Origin: Candidatus Kaiserbacteria bacterium
GTDB lineage: Bacteria > Patescibacteriota > Minisyncoccia > Phycocordibacterales > Phycocordibacteraceae
Reading direction: 5' to 3'
NCBI GenBank assembly: GCA_963699165.1
Contig: OY969413.1
Coordinates: 788,562 to 852,561 of the forward strand
Length of the DNA: 64,000 nucleotides
Position 1 is the first letter of the stretch, and every line of letters begins with the position of its first letter. Of this stretch, positions 46,973-56,928 are shown piece by piece. The notes under the pieces were generated by a model. That model had not been told where the DNA came from and made no database searches. It worked only from the letters and a program-made list of their open reading frames with translations. The translations under genes and the position numbers were made by a program.

Positions 46973-47030
46973 GAAGTGGTCTGAAGAATAGGGGTCGGTA
47001 CAATACGGAAACTGTTCTCGGGTCCACGCC

Positions 47031-48110
47031 TGCATAAGTTCAGATACATTTGGCAGTCCTCATAACCGAGGATATATGCGCATCAGAAGCAATTTCAGGG
47101 GTACGAAGGGCTGGTTGAGCATGTGGGAAAGGACGATACGATTGCGGCATATGCGGAAACCAAAGGAAGTCGACAGACGGGTGAAGATATTGGGATTCTG
47201 GGACATGCACGGGACGGAGGCCACATACGACGCCTTTGGCACCTCGGAGCGCACCTTGTATCGCTGGAAGGAGGAACTCAAAGCCCACGAGGGCCGCATT
47301 GATGCACTTGACCCGAAGAGCACTGCGCCGAAGGCGCGTCGAAGGAGGACTGTTCTGCCCGAGGTCGAGGATTTCATCATCCGCGAACGACAGGCGCATC
47401 CCCGGCTTGGGAAAGCAAAGCTTGCCGTTCTCCTGCGCGAAGAAGGGTACTCCGTGTCGGAGTCATACGTTGGGCGGGTCATTCTGGATTTGAAGAACCG
47501 CGGTCTGCTCCCGCAGCAGAGCCGGCTCTCGTTCCACGCACGTACGGGCAATCACACGGAAACACCGCAGAAACGCCGTACCAAGCTTCGCCGCACCGGC
47601 AAGCGCGGCATGGAGCTCGATACCGTCGTCCGCTTCATCGACGGCGTGAAGCGGTACGTCCTCACGGCAGTGGACGTGGAGCGGAAGTTCGCCTTTGCGG
47701 GCGCGTATACGAACCACTCGTCGAGAAGCGCGGACGACTTCCTTCGCCGAGTCATCGAGGTTTGCCCCTTCGATATCGACGAGTTGCAGACCGACAACGG
47801 GAGCGAGTTCGCCAAACACTTCGAGGATGCCTGTGCCGAACTCGGGCTCACGCACTTTCACACCCGCCCCCGCACTCCCAAGATGAATGCCCACGTCGAA
47901 CGATTCAATCGCACCGTCTCCGAGGACTTCATCATGCTGAATCGGGGCCTGCTGCGGGACGATATTCATTCCTTCAATCTGAAGCTTGTCGACTGGCTGA
48001 TCTGGTACAACACCAAACGCCCGCACCAGTCGCTCGGCATGGTGTCCCCCTTGCGGTATATTGTGTGTACATTAACCGTCGGGGACTGCCAAAAGTACTG
48101 GACGCGTACA
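47031..48110 (+). mobile_element. IS481-family insertion sequence, copy A (1080 bp)
   Basis: Three near-identical copies (A, B, C) with ends TGCATAAGTTCAGATACATTTGGCAGTCC ... GGACTGCCAAAAGTACTGGACGCGTACA. Single transposase gene 47076-48125 (HTH plus DDE/rve) whose stop lies just outside the element. Confidence 0.85.
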
Positions 48111-48125
48111 TCGCCCGTTTTCTAA
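47076..48125 (+). CDS. IS481-family transposase (HTH plus rve DDE)
   Basis: 349 aa. DDE core DNGSEF...HTRPRTPKMNAHVERFNRT. Confidence 0.85.
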   Translation: MRIRSNFRGTKGWLSMWERTIRLRHMRKPKEVDRRVKILGFWDMHGTEATYDAFGTSERTLYRWKEELKAHEGRIDALDPKSTAPKARRRRTVLPEVEDFIIRERQAHPRLGKAKLAVLLREEGYSVSESYVGRVILDLKNRGLLPQQSRLSFHARTGNHTETPQKRRTKLRRTGKRGMELDTVVRFIDGVKRYVLTAVDVERKFAFAGAYTNHSSRSADDFLRRVIEVCPFDIDELQTDNGSEFAKHFEDACAELGLTHFHTRPRTPKMNAHVERFNRTVSEDFIMLNRGLLRDDIHSFNLKLVDWLIWYNTKRPHQSLGMVSPLRYIVCTLTVGDCQKYWTRTSPVF

Positions 48126-49036
48126 TCAATAGCTTGGACGCATTCTGTTAATATGGCGAGCGGCGTTTTGAGGTCGAGCCCGAAGTGGTGGCGGGTGGTG
48201 TTGTACCCGCTCAGATAGGTCGGCAGAATCGCATTGATTGCCCGTATCTCAATCGAAAGAGCATCAAGACACTCTTCACGCAGTGTGCGATTGAATCGCT
48301 CGACGTGCGCATTGTCGTTGCTCTGCCTGACTCTCGTGTGTCGATGGCGTATCGAGAGGCGTTCGGTGAAGTGCATGGAGAACTCGGGGCCATTGTCGGT
48401 CTGCACGCACTCGAACAGGAATGGTGCCGCAACCTGTGCCCGCTTCACGAAGAGGAGAGAGACGCGGCAGTTGATGCGCGGGGTCGCCCAGGCGTACGCC
48501 CAACGGCTGTATACATCGATTAGTGTATACACGTACAGAACCGTTTTGCCGTGGAGTGCCAGATGGATGGTGTCCACCTCCACAAGAGCGCCCGGATATG
48601 CGGCTTCCGGACGTTCCGAGTGCGGGTGGTACCGTTTCCACGGGCTCCGCTTTTTGATGAGGCCGAAACGACCGAGCGTCCGCTTCACCGACGAGAGCGA
48701 CACCGAGACACCCTCGTCTTCGAGCGCCCGGTGTACGACCTCGGCCGAGCGTTTGAGTACGAGACGCTTCTCGACAATCTTGTTCACAATCTTCGACGGC
48801 AGCTCGTTTGGATGATTCCTCGGTTTTGATGAGAGCGTCGGAATCGGATGATACCCGTATATCTTCGCCTTCTTCACCCATTTGCATACCGTACTCGACC
48901 CGACGCCGAACCGACGGCCAACCTCGGTGGGCGTATATCCTCTCCTCACCATGTCTGCAGCATCCCTTCTGACCTTGGGCATGTGAGGGTTTTGTGTGTA
49001 TGCCATGACGCGATGATATCGCGTCCAAGCTATTGA
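48126..49036 (-). mobile_element. second, distinct IS481-family element abutting copy A
   Basis: 16-bp terminal IRs TCAATAGCTTGGACGC at 48126-48141 and, inverted, at 49021-49036. Transposase 48122-49006 (HTH plus DDE ...DNGPEF...HVERFNRTLREE). Confidence 0.55.
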
Positions 49037-49170
49037 ACCATTACGATCGCCTTGACACACCGACCATCCTATGTTTATAACACACCCAGAAGCACCTTGA
49101 TTCCGTTACGGACACAAAAGCTTCAACTCGGGCCATCTGGCACGAGCAACTTGAGAAAGGAAACGCCGAA

Positions 49171-49863
49171 ATGGGCACACCCTCGATCAAACGCGCCTAC
49201 AACCTCGGCCTGAAAGCCGTCCCGAACTTCGTGGCGCTTTCCGACGATGTCATAGCGTATTACGAGCAGCACCTCGATCAAATCCCGCGTGCGCTCGCAC
49301 GAGGCTTCGTCCCGGCCGAGGAAACCAAGCAAGCTGCACTCTTCTCCGTCATCACGACGACTAACCTCGCCGCGACTGCCGCAAAGAAAACAGCGAAGTG
49401 CTTCACCGCCTCTTCCCGCTACTACTACCGCGACGGCGACTTCGATCGCTGGCTCCCGGCCTCTCAGCCCAAAGCGGACGCCTGCACCATCTCGACCCTC
49501 GGGTTCGAGAAGGACTGGACGTTCGTCGAAGCCGCGGCCAAAGTTCTCGGCATCGGCGCTGGCAGCAGCACCAAGCTGATCGGCCAAGCGCTCATCGAGA
49601 ATGGCCACACCGTCACCCTCGCGCAAATCGAGGAAATGGTGGAAGCCACCGAGCGCGGCGAGAAGACCGGCATGCAGACCAACGGCTATTGGAACTTCTT
49701 CTTTGTCGAAACCGGCAACACTGACGATCCCGTCTCGGTCGCCCGCGTGATTCGCGACGACTCGAGGTGGCTCGCGAACGTCAGCAGGCTCGGCGACGAC
49801 AATCGCTGGAACGCTGACTATCGACTCCTCGTCCGCAACTTGAAGGATACTTCGAAACTCTGA
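49171..49863 (+). CDS. hypothetical protein
   Basis: 230-aa ORF with good coding periodicity and no recognisable motif. Followed by a terminator. Confidence 0.45.
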   Translation: MGTPSIKRAYNLGLKAVPNFVALSDDVIAYYEQHLDQIPRALARGFVPAEETKQAALFSVITTTNLAATAAKKTAKCFTASSRYYYRDGDFDRWLPASQPKADACTISTLGFEKDWTFVEAAAKVLGIGAGSSTKLIGQALIENGHTVTLAQIEEMVEATERGEKTGMQTNGYWNFFFVETGNTDDPVSVARVIRDDSRWLANVSRLGDDNRWNADYRLLVRNLKDTSKL

Positions 49864-49898
49864 CCCTTCTGGTCACTGTATTCGGGCTCCTTCCGAAA

Positions 49899-49941
49899 AT
49901 ACCCTCGTTCGCGCTTTGCGCGGGCGAGGGTATCACTTTTT
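49899..49941 (+). terminator. intrinsic terminator (GC-rich nested hairpin plus T-run)
   Basis: ataccctcg-[cgcgc tttg cgcg]-cgagggtat followed by cactttttaa. Confidence 0.55.
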
Positions 49942-50562
49942 AATGCTTGGGCTGGCGCAGCACTAGACAATTGCCTCACCTGGTGTCTTGCGGTACCGTT
50001 AGGGGGTACAAAAATAACAAACCGCTCGCGAAACGTGCGGTTTGTTATTTTTGGCCAACAGGAGAGGACTCGAGCGCCGGAGCAAGTTTCCGCGAGCAAG
50101 CGGAAACAGCGAGGCGGTGCCCAGCCCGAACGCGAGCGACGGCGAGCACGAGAGGCGAGGGAGAGATGCCTCTCCGCAAATGATGAAACCCTGACTTCGC
50201 CCGTAAGGCGAGAGATTTCTCTCTTGAGCACAAATGGTACAGTACACCCGTTACCTCTAACTTTTCCCATATGCCGCAAATTAATCTCGATACCACGCCG
50301 AAACAATTCGCCGACAATTCGGCCATCGGTTCGTCAAAAGAATTCTTCACGTTTCTTTTCATCACGGGACAAAACGGAACCGCCTTTGCGCTCAGTCCCG
50401 AGCACGCAAAAAAGATTTTCGCTTTCTTTGCAATACCAAGTTGAAAAATTCGAACGGGAAAGCAGAAAAATCGAAGCGGATTGGAATCCCGGCATGCCAA
50501 GCCCCATTCAGCCGTCGGACTTGGGCGGCGGGAAGAAATAAATCGCAAACCTGCGTTCGGAA

Positions 50563-51621
50563 TTATTCTCCTTTAACAACGTCAAACCGATTCGTATTGA
50601 AGTCAATCGTCCCGGCGAGCACCTTTATCTTTTTTGCGACCGCGGGGACGCGCTCGCGCAATATGCGTTCCGATTCGCGCTTGAGGAAAAGCGCTTTTTC
50701 AATGGCCACGCCTTTGTCGGCGCCGATTGAGCGGTAGGGCGCGGAAACGAGAAGCAGTACGCCGTCTTTTTCAGGAATGCGTTTTTCTTTCATATTGTTG
50801 AGCACGATATTTCCGGCAGTCGCAACCGCATCTTCCCATTGCGGGTCGTAGGGCCCGATGATGAGGGCGCGATTCGGCAAGTGAAGCCAATCGAAGCCGC
50901 GGCCGACGGCGATGATTTGTTCGCAGTGCTCGAGGTCCTGAATGGGCCGTTTCTGCGCGCGGGTGGCCCGTACGTATTGTTGATTGCCGATGACAAACGG
51001 TATGAGGTCATCAATGATGCGTTCCGGCACCTCGGGATACATATTGCGCAATTCGCTTTTCAGGTTTTCCGGGCTCGCATCGATATGGTCGGCCACATCC
51101 AAAATCTTTTTCCCTTCCGCGTGGAAAATGAGCGCGTTCTCGTCGGTCTCTATGCCGACGACAATGGGGAAGACGGTGGTGTGATTGCCGCCGAACGCGG
51201 TCTCGAATTGCTCGCGCAGCTTGGTTGCGCCCGCGCGCGCGGCAGCGGTGTCGTATTTGTGTCCCGCGCAGCCGCGATGATGGCTTCCTTTTGAAAAATG
51301 ATAGGTCGAAAGCACGATAGTGGGGCGTCCCTTTGAAACCGAATACTCGATGTCGTCGAGCATCAGGCGTCCAAAGAACGGCCAGCCGAGGTCGAATTTC
51401 CCGCCTATGTTGCGGTACGGCTTTATGATGCCGGGCGGCGTACTCGTGATGACAGAAAGGTTCAGGCGTCCGTCCATGCATTTGAGCGCGATGATTTCGC
51501 TCGGGTGCTGCGCGCGGTACATCATGCGCGCGAGCTGCGCGCCGGGCGTGCAGAATTCAGCGCTCTGCTTTTTATTGCGCTCTAGGATAAACGCGGGCAA
51601 GTCCTGTTTTTTCGAGGCCAT
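50563..51621 (-). CDS. hypothetical protein with beta-carbonic-anhydrase-like zinc-ligand motifs
   Basis: ALKCMDGRL (CxDxR) and, about 60 aa downstream, HHRGCAGH (HxxC). 352 aa with an unrelated C-terminal extension. Confidence 0.3.
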   Translation of the reverse strand: MASKKQDLPAFILERNKKQSAEFCTPGAQLARMMYRAQHPSEIIALKCMDGRLNLSVITSTPPGIIKPYRNIGGKFDLGWPFFGRLMLDDIEYSVSKGRPTIVLSTYHFSKGSHHRGCAGHKYDTAAARAGATKLREQFETAFGGNHTTVFPIVVGIETDENALIFHAEGKKILDVADHIDASPENLKSELRNMYPEVPERIIDDLIPFVIGNQQYVRATRAQKRPIQDLEHCEQIIAVGRGFDWLHLPNRALIIGPYDPQWEDAVATAGNIVLNNMKEKRIPEKDGVLLLVSAPYRSIGADKGVAIEKALFLKRESERILRERVPAVAKKIKVLAGTIDFNTNRFDVVKGE

Positions 51622-51660
51622 AACTCCGTCATCCTACTACAATCTTCATGGATTTGAAGT

Positions 51661-52224
51661 ATGCTTAACCGGACACCTAATTTACTCGACATGCTCTACA
51701 CCGGCAAAGGAGACGGGGGAACCACGCAGACATTCGGCTGCGACCAGAAGCGGATTTCAAAATCATCCGAGCTTCCGGAGGCGCTCGGCGCGCTCGACGA
51801 ACTGAATGCGTTTCTTGGTTTTGTAAAAATGCGCGCGGCGCTCGAGCCGCGCATTGCGGATGCTTTGCGCGGCGCACAGGAGGAACTTTTCATCATTCAG
51901 GCGGAAGTTGCGGGCGCCGACAAGAAAACGGGGAAGGAGGCCGTAAAAAATATCGAGGACATCATCAACGGGATTGAGAAAGAAATTCCGCCGCTCAAAG
52001 GGTTTTCCATCGCGGGCGGTACGGAACTTTCGGCCTTACTCGACGTGTCCCGCACGCTCGCACGAAAAGCCGAGCGGCGGCTCATCGCGGTTACGGAAGC
52101 GGACATTCGCCAGTTATCTGACGAGACGAAAGCGTATATGAATCGTCTTTCATCGCTTCTTTTTGCGCTCGCGCGCCTCGCGAACCATCTCGCCGGCATC
52201 GCCGAAGAAAACCCGCGCTACTAG
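51661..52224 (+). CDS. ATP:cob(I)alamin adenosyltransferase, PduO-type
   Basis: N-terminal LYTGKGDGGTT and the conserved helical bundle (ELNAFLG...). Confidence 0.75.
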   Translation: MLNRTPNLLDMLYTGKGDGGTTQTFGCDQKRISKSSELPEALGALDELNAFLGFVKMRAALEPRIADALRGAQEELFIIQAEVAGADKKTGKEAVKNIEDIINGIEKEIPPLKGFSIAGGTELSALLDVSRTLARKAERRLIAVTEADIRQLSDETKAYMNRLSSLLFALARLANHLAGIAEENPRY

Positions 52225-52285
52225 GGCGCTTCGGAAAATCGTGGTATAAAAACACCGTACCTGCTTAGAGCAGTACGTTAAGCAT

Positions 52286-52358
52286 GGCGGCCATGGTGTA
52301 ATGGTTAACACTGGAGCTTGTGGAGCTCTCGATCAGGGTTCAATTCCCTGTGGCCGCC
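52286..52358 (+). tRNA. tRNA-His (anticodon GTG), with an encoded G-1
   Basis: Extra 5' G pairing with discriminator C. Acceptor GCGGCCA/TGGCCGC, anticodon arm GGAGC-TTGTGGA-GCTCT, T-arm CAGGG-TTCAATT-CCCTG. Confidence 0.8.
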
Positions 52359-52382
52359 CAAAATAACTTACAATAAGAAAGA

Positions 52383-52820
52383 ATGTCTGATAAAAAATTC
52401 GCCGTATGTTCGAGGGCTGTCATCTTCCACGAAGGCAAGTTGCTCGTCGTAGCCCATCCGCACGATACCAGTTATTACGCATTGCCCGGCGGGCATCTTG
52501 AATGGGGCGAAGGCGCTCACGAATGTTTGAAGCGGGAAATTGTTGAGGAGCTTGGTGTAGAACCGGCAATCGGGAGATTGTTGTATGTGAATATGTATAT
52601 GGAAGGCGAGAACGTACAGGCATTTGAATTCTTTTTCGAAGTTTTAAACGGAGCAGACTATGTCGATATTTGTGGACGAGAGCGGACGCACCAACACGAA
52701 ATCAGCAGCATGCGCTGGGTTGCCAAAGGTGACCAGGTGACTATTTTGCCAAAACAGCTGGAGCTTGATTTGCAATCCGGCAATTTGTTTTCGCATACGG
52801 TGCGGTTCTTACAGCCCTAA
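52383..52820 (+). CDS. NUDIX hydrolase
   Basis: Nudix box GGHLEWGEGAHECLKREIVEELGV. Confidence 0.75.
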   Translation: MSDKKFAVCSRAVIFHEGKLLVVAHPHDTSYYALPGGHLEWGEGAHECLKREIVEELGVEPAIGRLLYVNMYMEGENVQAFEFFFEVLNGADYVDICGRERTHQHEISSMRWVAKGDQVTILPKQLELDLQSGNLFSHTVRFLQP

Positions 52821-52844
52821 AAAGGCGCGTGGTATGATTCGCTC

Positions 52845-53489
52845 ATGAAAGGCCTTTTGTGGGGTATTTTGCTCATCATTATCGTCGGATTGGGCGGGTT
52901 TTTTTACCGCAATGCGCTTGAAAATCCTACTCAACCCGTTGCATGTCCTCTTGATGCAAAACTCTGTCCGGACGGGACATCGGTCGCGCGCACCGGAAAT
53001 TCGTGCACGTTCGCGCCGTGCCCGCCGCCGAACGTGTCGCTCGACTCGGTGGGGATTTCGTTTGCGGTTCCGGACGGTTTCGACACGACTAAGATTCCCG
53101 GAGGCGCTATTGCCGCGTATGACACGCCTGCCGATGCGTCAACAACAAGTTCCGCCGGCATCGTGATTCGGCGGTACGCAATCGAGGCGTCTTCGACGGC
53201 GCTTGCGACAATGCAAAAAACGGCAATCGGAAATCCGTCGGGATTACCCGCCGGCGCCGCGCAGTTTTCTTCGACGGTGCTTGGCGACCATCGCTTCACG
53301 GTTGTTTCAATCGAGCGTTTCGAAGGCGTTGTCGACACGGCATACTATCTTGCCCGCAACGCAGACGTCTTGCGATTTGATGCCATCGACAGAAACGTTA
53401 TGAATTGGACGGACCAAAACCTCGATGTCTCGACGCTTCCCGCAAATCAAGCGCTTCAAAAAATGCTCTCGACCCTGCAAAGCGACTGA
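52845..53489 (+). CDS. secreted/membrane-anchored hypothetical protein
   Basis: N-terminal TM/signal sequence LLWGILLIIIVGLGGFF. 214 aa. Confidence 0.45.
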   Translation: MKGLLWGILLIIIVGLGGFFYRNALENPTQPVACPLDAKLCPDGTSVARTGNSCTFAPCPPPNVSLDSVGISFAVPDGFDTTKIPGGAIAAYDTPADASTTSSAGIVIRRYAIEASSTALATMQKTAIGNPSGLPAGAAQFSSTVLGDHRFTVVSIERFEGVVDTAYYLARNADVLRFDAIDRNVMNWTDQNLDVSTLPANQALQKMLSTLQSD

Positions 53490-53534
53490 AATGCCCGGTG
53501 GTATACTAACGGCATACCACATAATTAAATCGCC

Positions 53535-54362
53535 ATGGACACAAACAATCTCCACGAGCTGTTCCGCGTGACAAGGGGTGTGCGCACGGCCGTTGTCGGC
53601 GTGCTCGTTGTTCTCGGCATTTTCCTGCTTGTAGAAACCGCGTCCGTTTTCGGAGGTCTCGGTCGGCCGGCCGTTCCGGCGACCGATACCATCACGGTGC
53701 AGGGCGACGGGCAGGCGACGCTTCCGCCGGACGTCGCGCAGATTTCGTTTACGGTGCAAAACACGGCGGCTGCGGTTGCGGATGCGCAGGCCGCGACGAC
53801 CAAGCAGGCAAATGCCGTGCTGGCTTTCGTGAAAGGGCAAGGCATTGCGGATAAAGATGTGAAGACGCTTTCCTATAACATCACGCCGCAGTATTCGTAT
53901 TCGTATCCCGCGCCCTGCGCTCCGGGAACCGCGTGTCCGGATTACGTTGTATCGGGCGGGGGCTCGCCGAGAGTTACCGGCTACCAGGTGAGCGAGACCA
54001 TTCAAGTAACCGAGCATGACCTCACCGCGGTTGGCGCGCTCGTCGGCGGACTCGGAAAACTCGGCGTGCAAAATGTGGACGGTCCGTCGTTTACACTGGA
54101 GGACACGTCTGCCGGCTATGATGCCGCGCGTGCGGATGCGATTACGAAGGCAAAGGCGCAGGCGGATATTCTCGCGAATCAGCTTGGCGTGCATCTCGGT
54201 AAAATCGTGAATTTCAGCGAGTCCTCGGGGAATTATCCCGTGTATTCCGCAGGCGCTGTTACGGCAATGTCCGCAGCTGCCGCTCCCGCGCCGACACCAA
54301 GTGTTCCGGTCGGACAGAATACGTATAACGCGTCGGTCTCGATTACGTACGAGATTCGCTAG
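53535..54362 (+). CDS. SIMPL-domain (DUF541) periplasmic protein
   Basis: N-terminal anchor plus SIMPL-like repeats (TITVQGDG...ISFTVQ; YQVSETIQVT...). Confidence 0.65.
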   Translation: MDTNNLHELFRVTRGVRTAVVGVLVVLGIFLLVETASVFGGLGRPAVPATDTITVQGDGQATLPPDVAQISFTVQNTAAAVADAQAATTKQANAVLAFVKGQGIADKDVKTLSYNITPQYSYSYPAPCAPGTACPDYVVSGGGSPRVTGYQVSETIQVTEHDLTAVGALVGGLGKLGVQNVDGPSFTLEDTSAGYDAARADAITKAKAQADILANQLGVHLGKIVNFSESSGNYPVYSAGAVTAMSAAAAPAPTPSVPVGQNTYNASVSITYEIR

Positions 54363-54410
54363 ATGTAGAGAATGGAATAAACAGCCGGCGGCACTTCGTG
54401 CCGCCGGCTG

Positions 54411-55490
54411 TGCATAAGTTCAGATACATTTGGCAGTCCTCATAACCGAGGATATATGCGCATCAGAAGCAATTTCAGGGGTACGAAGGGCTGGTTGAGC
54501 ATGTGGGAAAGGACGATACGATTGCGGCATATGCGGAAACCAAAGGAAGTCGACAGACGGGTGAAGATATTGGGATTCTGGGACATGCACGGGACGGAGG
54601 CCGCATACGACGCCTTTGGCACCTCGGAGCGCACCTTGTATCGCTGGAAGGAGGAACTCAAAGCCCACGAGGGCCGCATTGATGCACTTGACCCGAAGAG
54701 CACTGCGCCGAAGGCGCGTCGAAGGAGGACTGTTCTGCCCGAGGTCGAGGATTTCATCATCCGCGAACGACAGGCGCATCCCCGGCTTGGGAAAGCAAAG
54801 CTTGCCGTTCTCCTGCGCGAAGAAGGGCACTCCGTGTCGGAGTCATACGTTGGGCGGGTCATTCTGGATTTGAAGAACCGCGGTCTGCTCCCGCAGCAGA
54901 GCCGGCTCTCGTTCCACGCACGTACGGGCAATCACACGGAAACACCGCAGAAACGCCGTACCAAGCTTCGCCGCACCGGCAAGCGCGGCATGGAGCTCGA
55001 TACCGTCGTCCGCTTCATCGACGGCGTGAAGCGGTACGTCCTCACGGCAGTGGACGTGGAGCGGAAGTTCGCCTTTGCGGGCGCGTATACGAACCACTCG
55101 TCGAGAAGCGCGGACGACTTCCTTCGCCGAGTCATCGAGGTTTGCCCCTTCGATATCGACGAGTTGCAGACCGACAACGGGAGCGAGTTCGCCAAACACT
55201 TCGAGGATGCCTGTGCCGAACTCGGTCTCACGCACTTTCACACCCGCCCCCGCACTCCCAAGATGAATGCCCACGTCGAACGATTCAATCGCACCGTCTC
55301 CGAGGACTTCATCATGCTGAATCGGGGCCTGCTGCGGGACGATATTCATTCCTTCAATCTGAAGCTTGTCGACTGGCTGATCTGGTACAACACCAAACGC
55401 CCGCACCAGTCGCTCGGCATGGTGTCCCCCTTGCGGTATATTGTGTGTACATTAACCGTCGGGGACTGCCAAAAGTACTGGACGCGTACA
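54411..55490 (+). mobile_element. IS481-family insertion sequence, copy B
   Basis: 1080 bp, near-identical to copies A and C. Transposase 54456-55499. Confidence 0.85.
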
Positions 55491-55499
55491 GGATGTTGA
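54456..55499 (+). CDS. IS481-family transposase
   Basis: Identical to the copy A product except one residue (H vs Y). Confidence 0.85.
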   Translation: MRIRSNFRGTKGWLSMWERTIRLRHMRKPKEVDRRVKILGFWDMHGTEAAYDAFGTSERTLYRWKEELKAHEGRIDALDPKSTAPKARRRRTVLPEVEDFIIRERQAHPRLGKAKLAVLLREEGHSVSESYVGRVILDLKNRGLLPQQSRLSFHARTGNHTETPQKRRTKLRRTGKRGMELDTVVRFIDGVKRYVLTAVDVERKFAFAGAYTNHSSRSADDFLRRVIEVCPFDIDELQTDNGSEFAKHFEDACAELGLTHFHTRPRTPKMNAHVERFNRTVSEDFIMLNRGLLRDDIHSFNLKLVDWLIWYNTKRPHQSLGMVSPLRYIVCTLTVGDCQKYWTRTGC

Positions 55500-55574
55500 C
55501 GTATTCCGCGCCCCGTACTATGATGTCGGTATCAGAAAGCCCGCAGGGCTTTTTTAATTGATAACCGCCTCTTC

Positions 55575-55760
55575 ATGACTTCACCCTTCACCTATTTGAA
55601 GCACGTTCGCGAAGAATTCGCGCACATCGTATGGCCGTCAAATCGCACGGCGATTTCGCACACGCTTGTCGTTATTTTCATTGCGGCGGTCATCGCGCTT
55701 CTCGTTGCATTCGTGGACTACGCGTTCGGTTTGGTGGTGAGTCACGTCGCAGGCGCATAA
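55575..55760 (+). CDS. secE: preprotein translocase subunit SecE
   Basis: 61 aa. The conserved C-terminal TM segment follows VREEFAHIVWPS. Canonical secE-nusG-rplK synteny. Confidence 0.7.
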   Translation: MTSPFTYLKHVREEFAHIVWPSNRTAISHTLVVIFIAAVIALLVAFVDYAFGLVVSHVAGA

Positions 55761-55770
55761 CAATCTTTCT

Positions 55771-56409
55771 ATGGACACAAACGAACAATCCGAAAATATC
55801 GAGATTCCGGAGGAAGAAGTCGGCATGGCGGACATTGCGCCTGCCGTGCGCAAAGAAGTCCGCGACGAAGTGGCTCCTCGCGAGGAGGATGCTCGCTGGT
55901 ATACGATTCACACCTACGCCGGCTATGAGAACGCGGTCGAGCGCAACCTAAAACAGCGCATCGAATCACTCGGCATGGAGGACAAGATTTTCGATGTCAT
56001 CGTGCCGACCGAAAAAAAGATTCGCGTCAAAGCGGGGAAGAGAATCGTCGAAGAAGAGAAAATTTATCCGGGATACATTCTCGTGCGCATGATTGTCGAC
56101 GATGACTCGTGGTTTGTCGTGCGCAATACGCCGCGCGTTACCGGCTTTGTCGGTTCGGGAAATACGCCGGTTCCGATGGGGGAGGCGGAAGTCGCATCGC
56201 TTATGAAGCGCATGACGGCCGAGGCGCCGAAGCACCGCATCGATCTCGTGAAAGACGACCCGATTGTCATTGCCGACGGCCCGTTTAAGGATTTGGAAGG
56301 AAAGGTCGGCGATATCGACGAGGAACGCGGCAAGGTGAAGGTCATGGTTTCGATGTTCGGGCGCGAAACGCCGGTCGAACTGGACTTTCTTCAGGTTAGA
56401 AAACTGTAG
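55771..56409 (+). CDS. nusG: transcription termination/antitermination factor NusG
   Basis: NGN domain (WYTIHTYAGYEN) and KOW motif (GPFKDLEGKVGDID). Confidence 0.85.
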   Translation: MDTNEQSENIEIPEEEVGMADIAPAVRKEVRDEVAPREEDARWYTIHTYAGYENAVERNLKQRIESLGMEDKIFDVIVPTEKKIRVKAGKRIVEEEKIYPGYILVRMIVDDDSWFVVRNTPRVTGFVGSGNTPVPMGEAEVASLMKRMTAEAPKHRIDLVKDDPIVIADGPFKDLEGKVGDIDEERGKVKVMVSMFGRETPVELDFLQVRKL

Positions 56410-56453
56410 GAGAGAAAATTGACCCAAAGCACTTATTACTATAGATTCAAGAC

Positions 56454-56873
56454 ATGGCTACAGTCGTAAAAAAGATAAAACTTCAAATCCCGGGCGGCGC
56501 GGCGACGCCGGCGCCTCCGGTAGGCACGGCGCTCGGTCCGGCCGGCGTAAACATCGGTCAATTTGTGACCCAGTTCAACGATGCGACCAAGGACAAGCGC
56601 GGAACCATCATTCCTGTCGAGCTTTTGGTATTCGATGACCGCACCTTCACCTTCACGATGAAGAACCCGCCGGCGTCCCGCCTTATCCTTAAGGCGCTCG
56701 GCATTGATAAGGGTTCCGCAAAGGCGCGCGAGAAGAAAGTCGGTACTCTTACGAAAGCGCAGATTGCGGCAATCGTTGCGGAGAAGATTCCGGACATGAA
56801 TGCCACTGATCCTGAAGCGGCGGCCCGCACTATCGCCGGCACGGCGCGCTCGATGGGGATAGAGGTCAAATAG
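56454..56873 (+). CDS. rplK: 50S ribosomal protein L11
   Basis: [34 protein letters not shown] is the L11 N-terminal signature. Confidence 0.9.
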   Translation: MATVVKKIKLQIPGGAATPAPPVGTALGPAGVNIGQFVTQFNDATKDKRGTIIPVELLVFDDRTFTFTMKNPPASRLILKALGIDKGSAKAREKKVGTLTKAQIAAIVAEKIPDMNATDPEAAARTIAGTARSMGIEVK

Positions 56874-56928
56874 CATTTCGAATGCATAATAAAGAATCGG
56901 GCTCGGCGCTTCGCGCCGAGCCCGATTG

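Larger units (their letters stand above)
45844..47002 (+). mobile_element. IS3-family insertion sequence, copy 2 (identical to copy 1)
   Basis: 1159-bp sequence identical to 24534-25692, including orfA 45906-46163 and orfB 46160-46972. Confidence 0.85.

Noticed and set aside
47060-47551. 163-aa and 187-aa ORFs antisense to the IS481 transposase, repeated three times
   Set aside because: They recur only because the IS is present in three copies. They are antisense to a motif-rich transposase gene.
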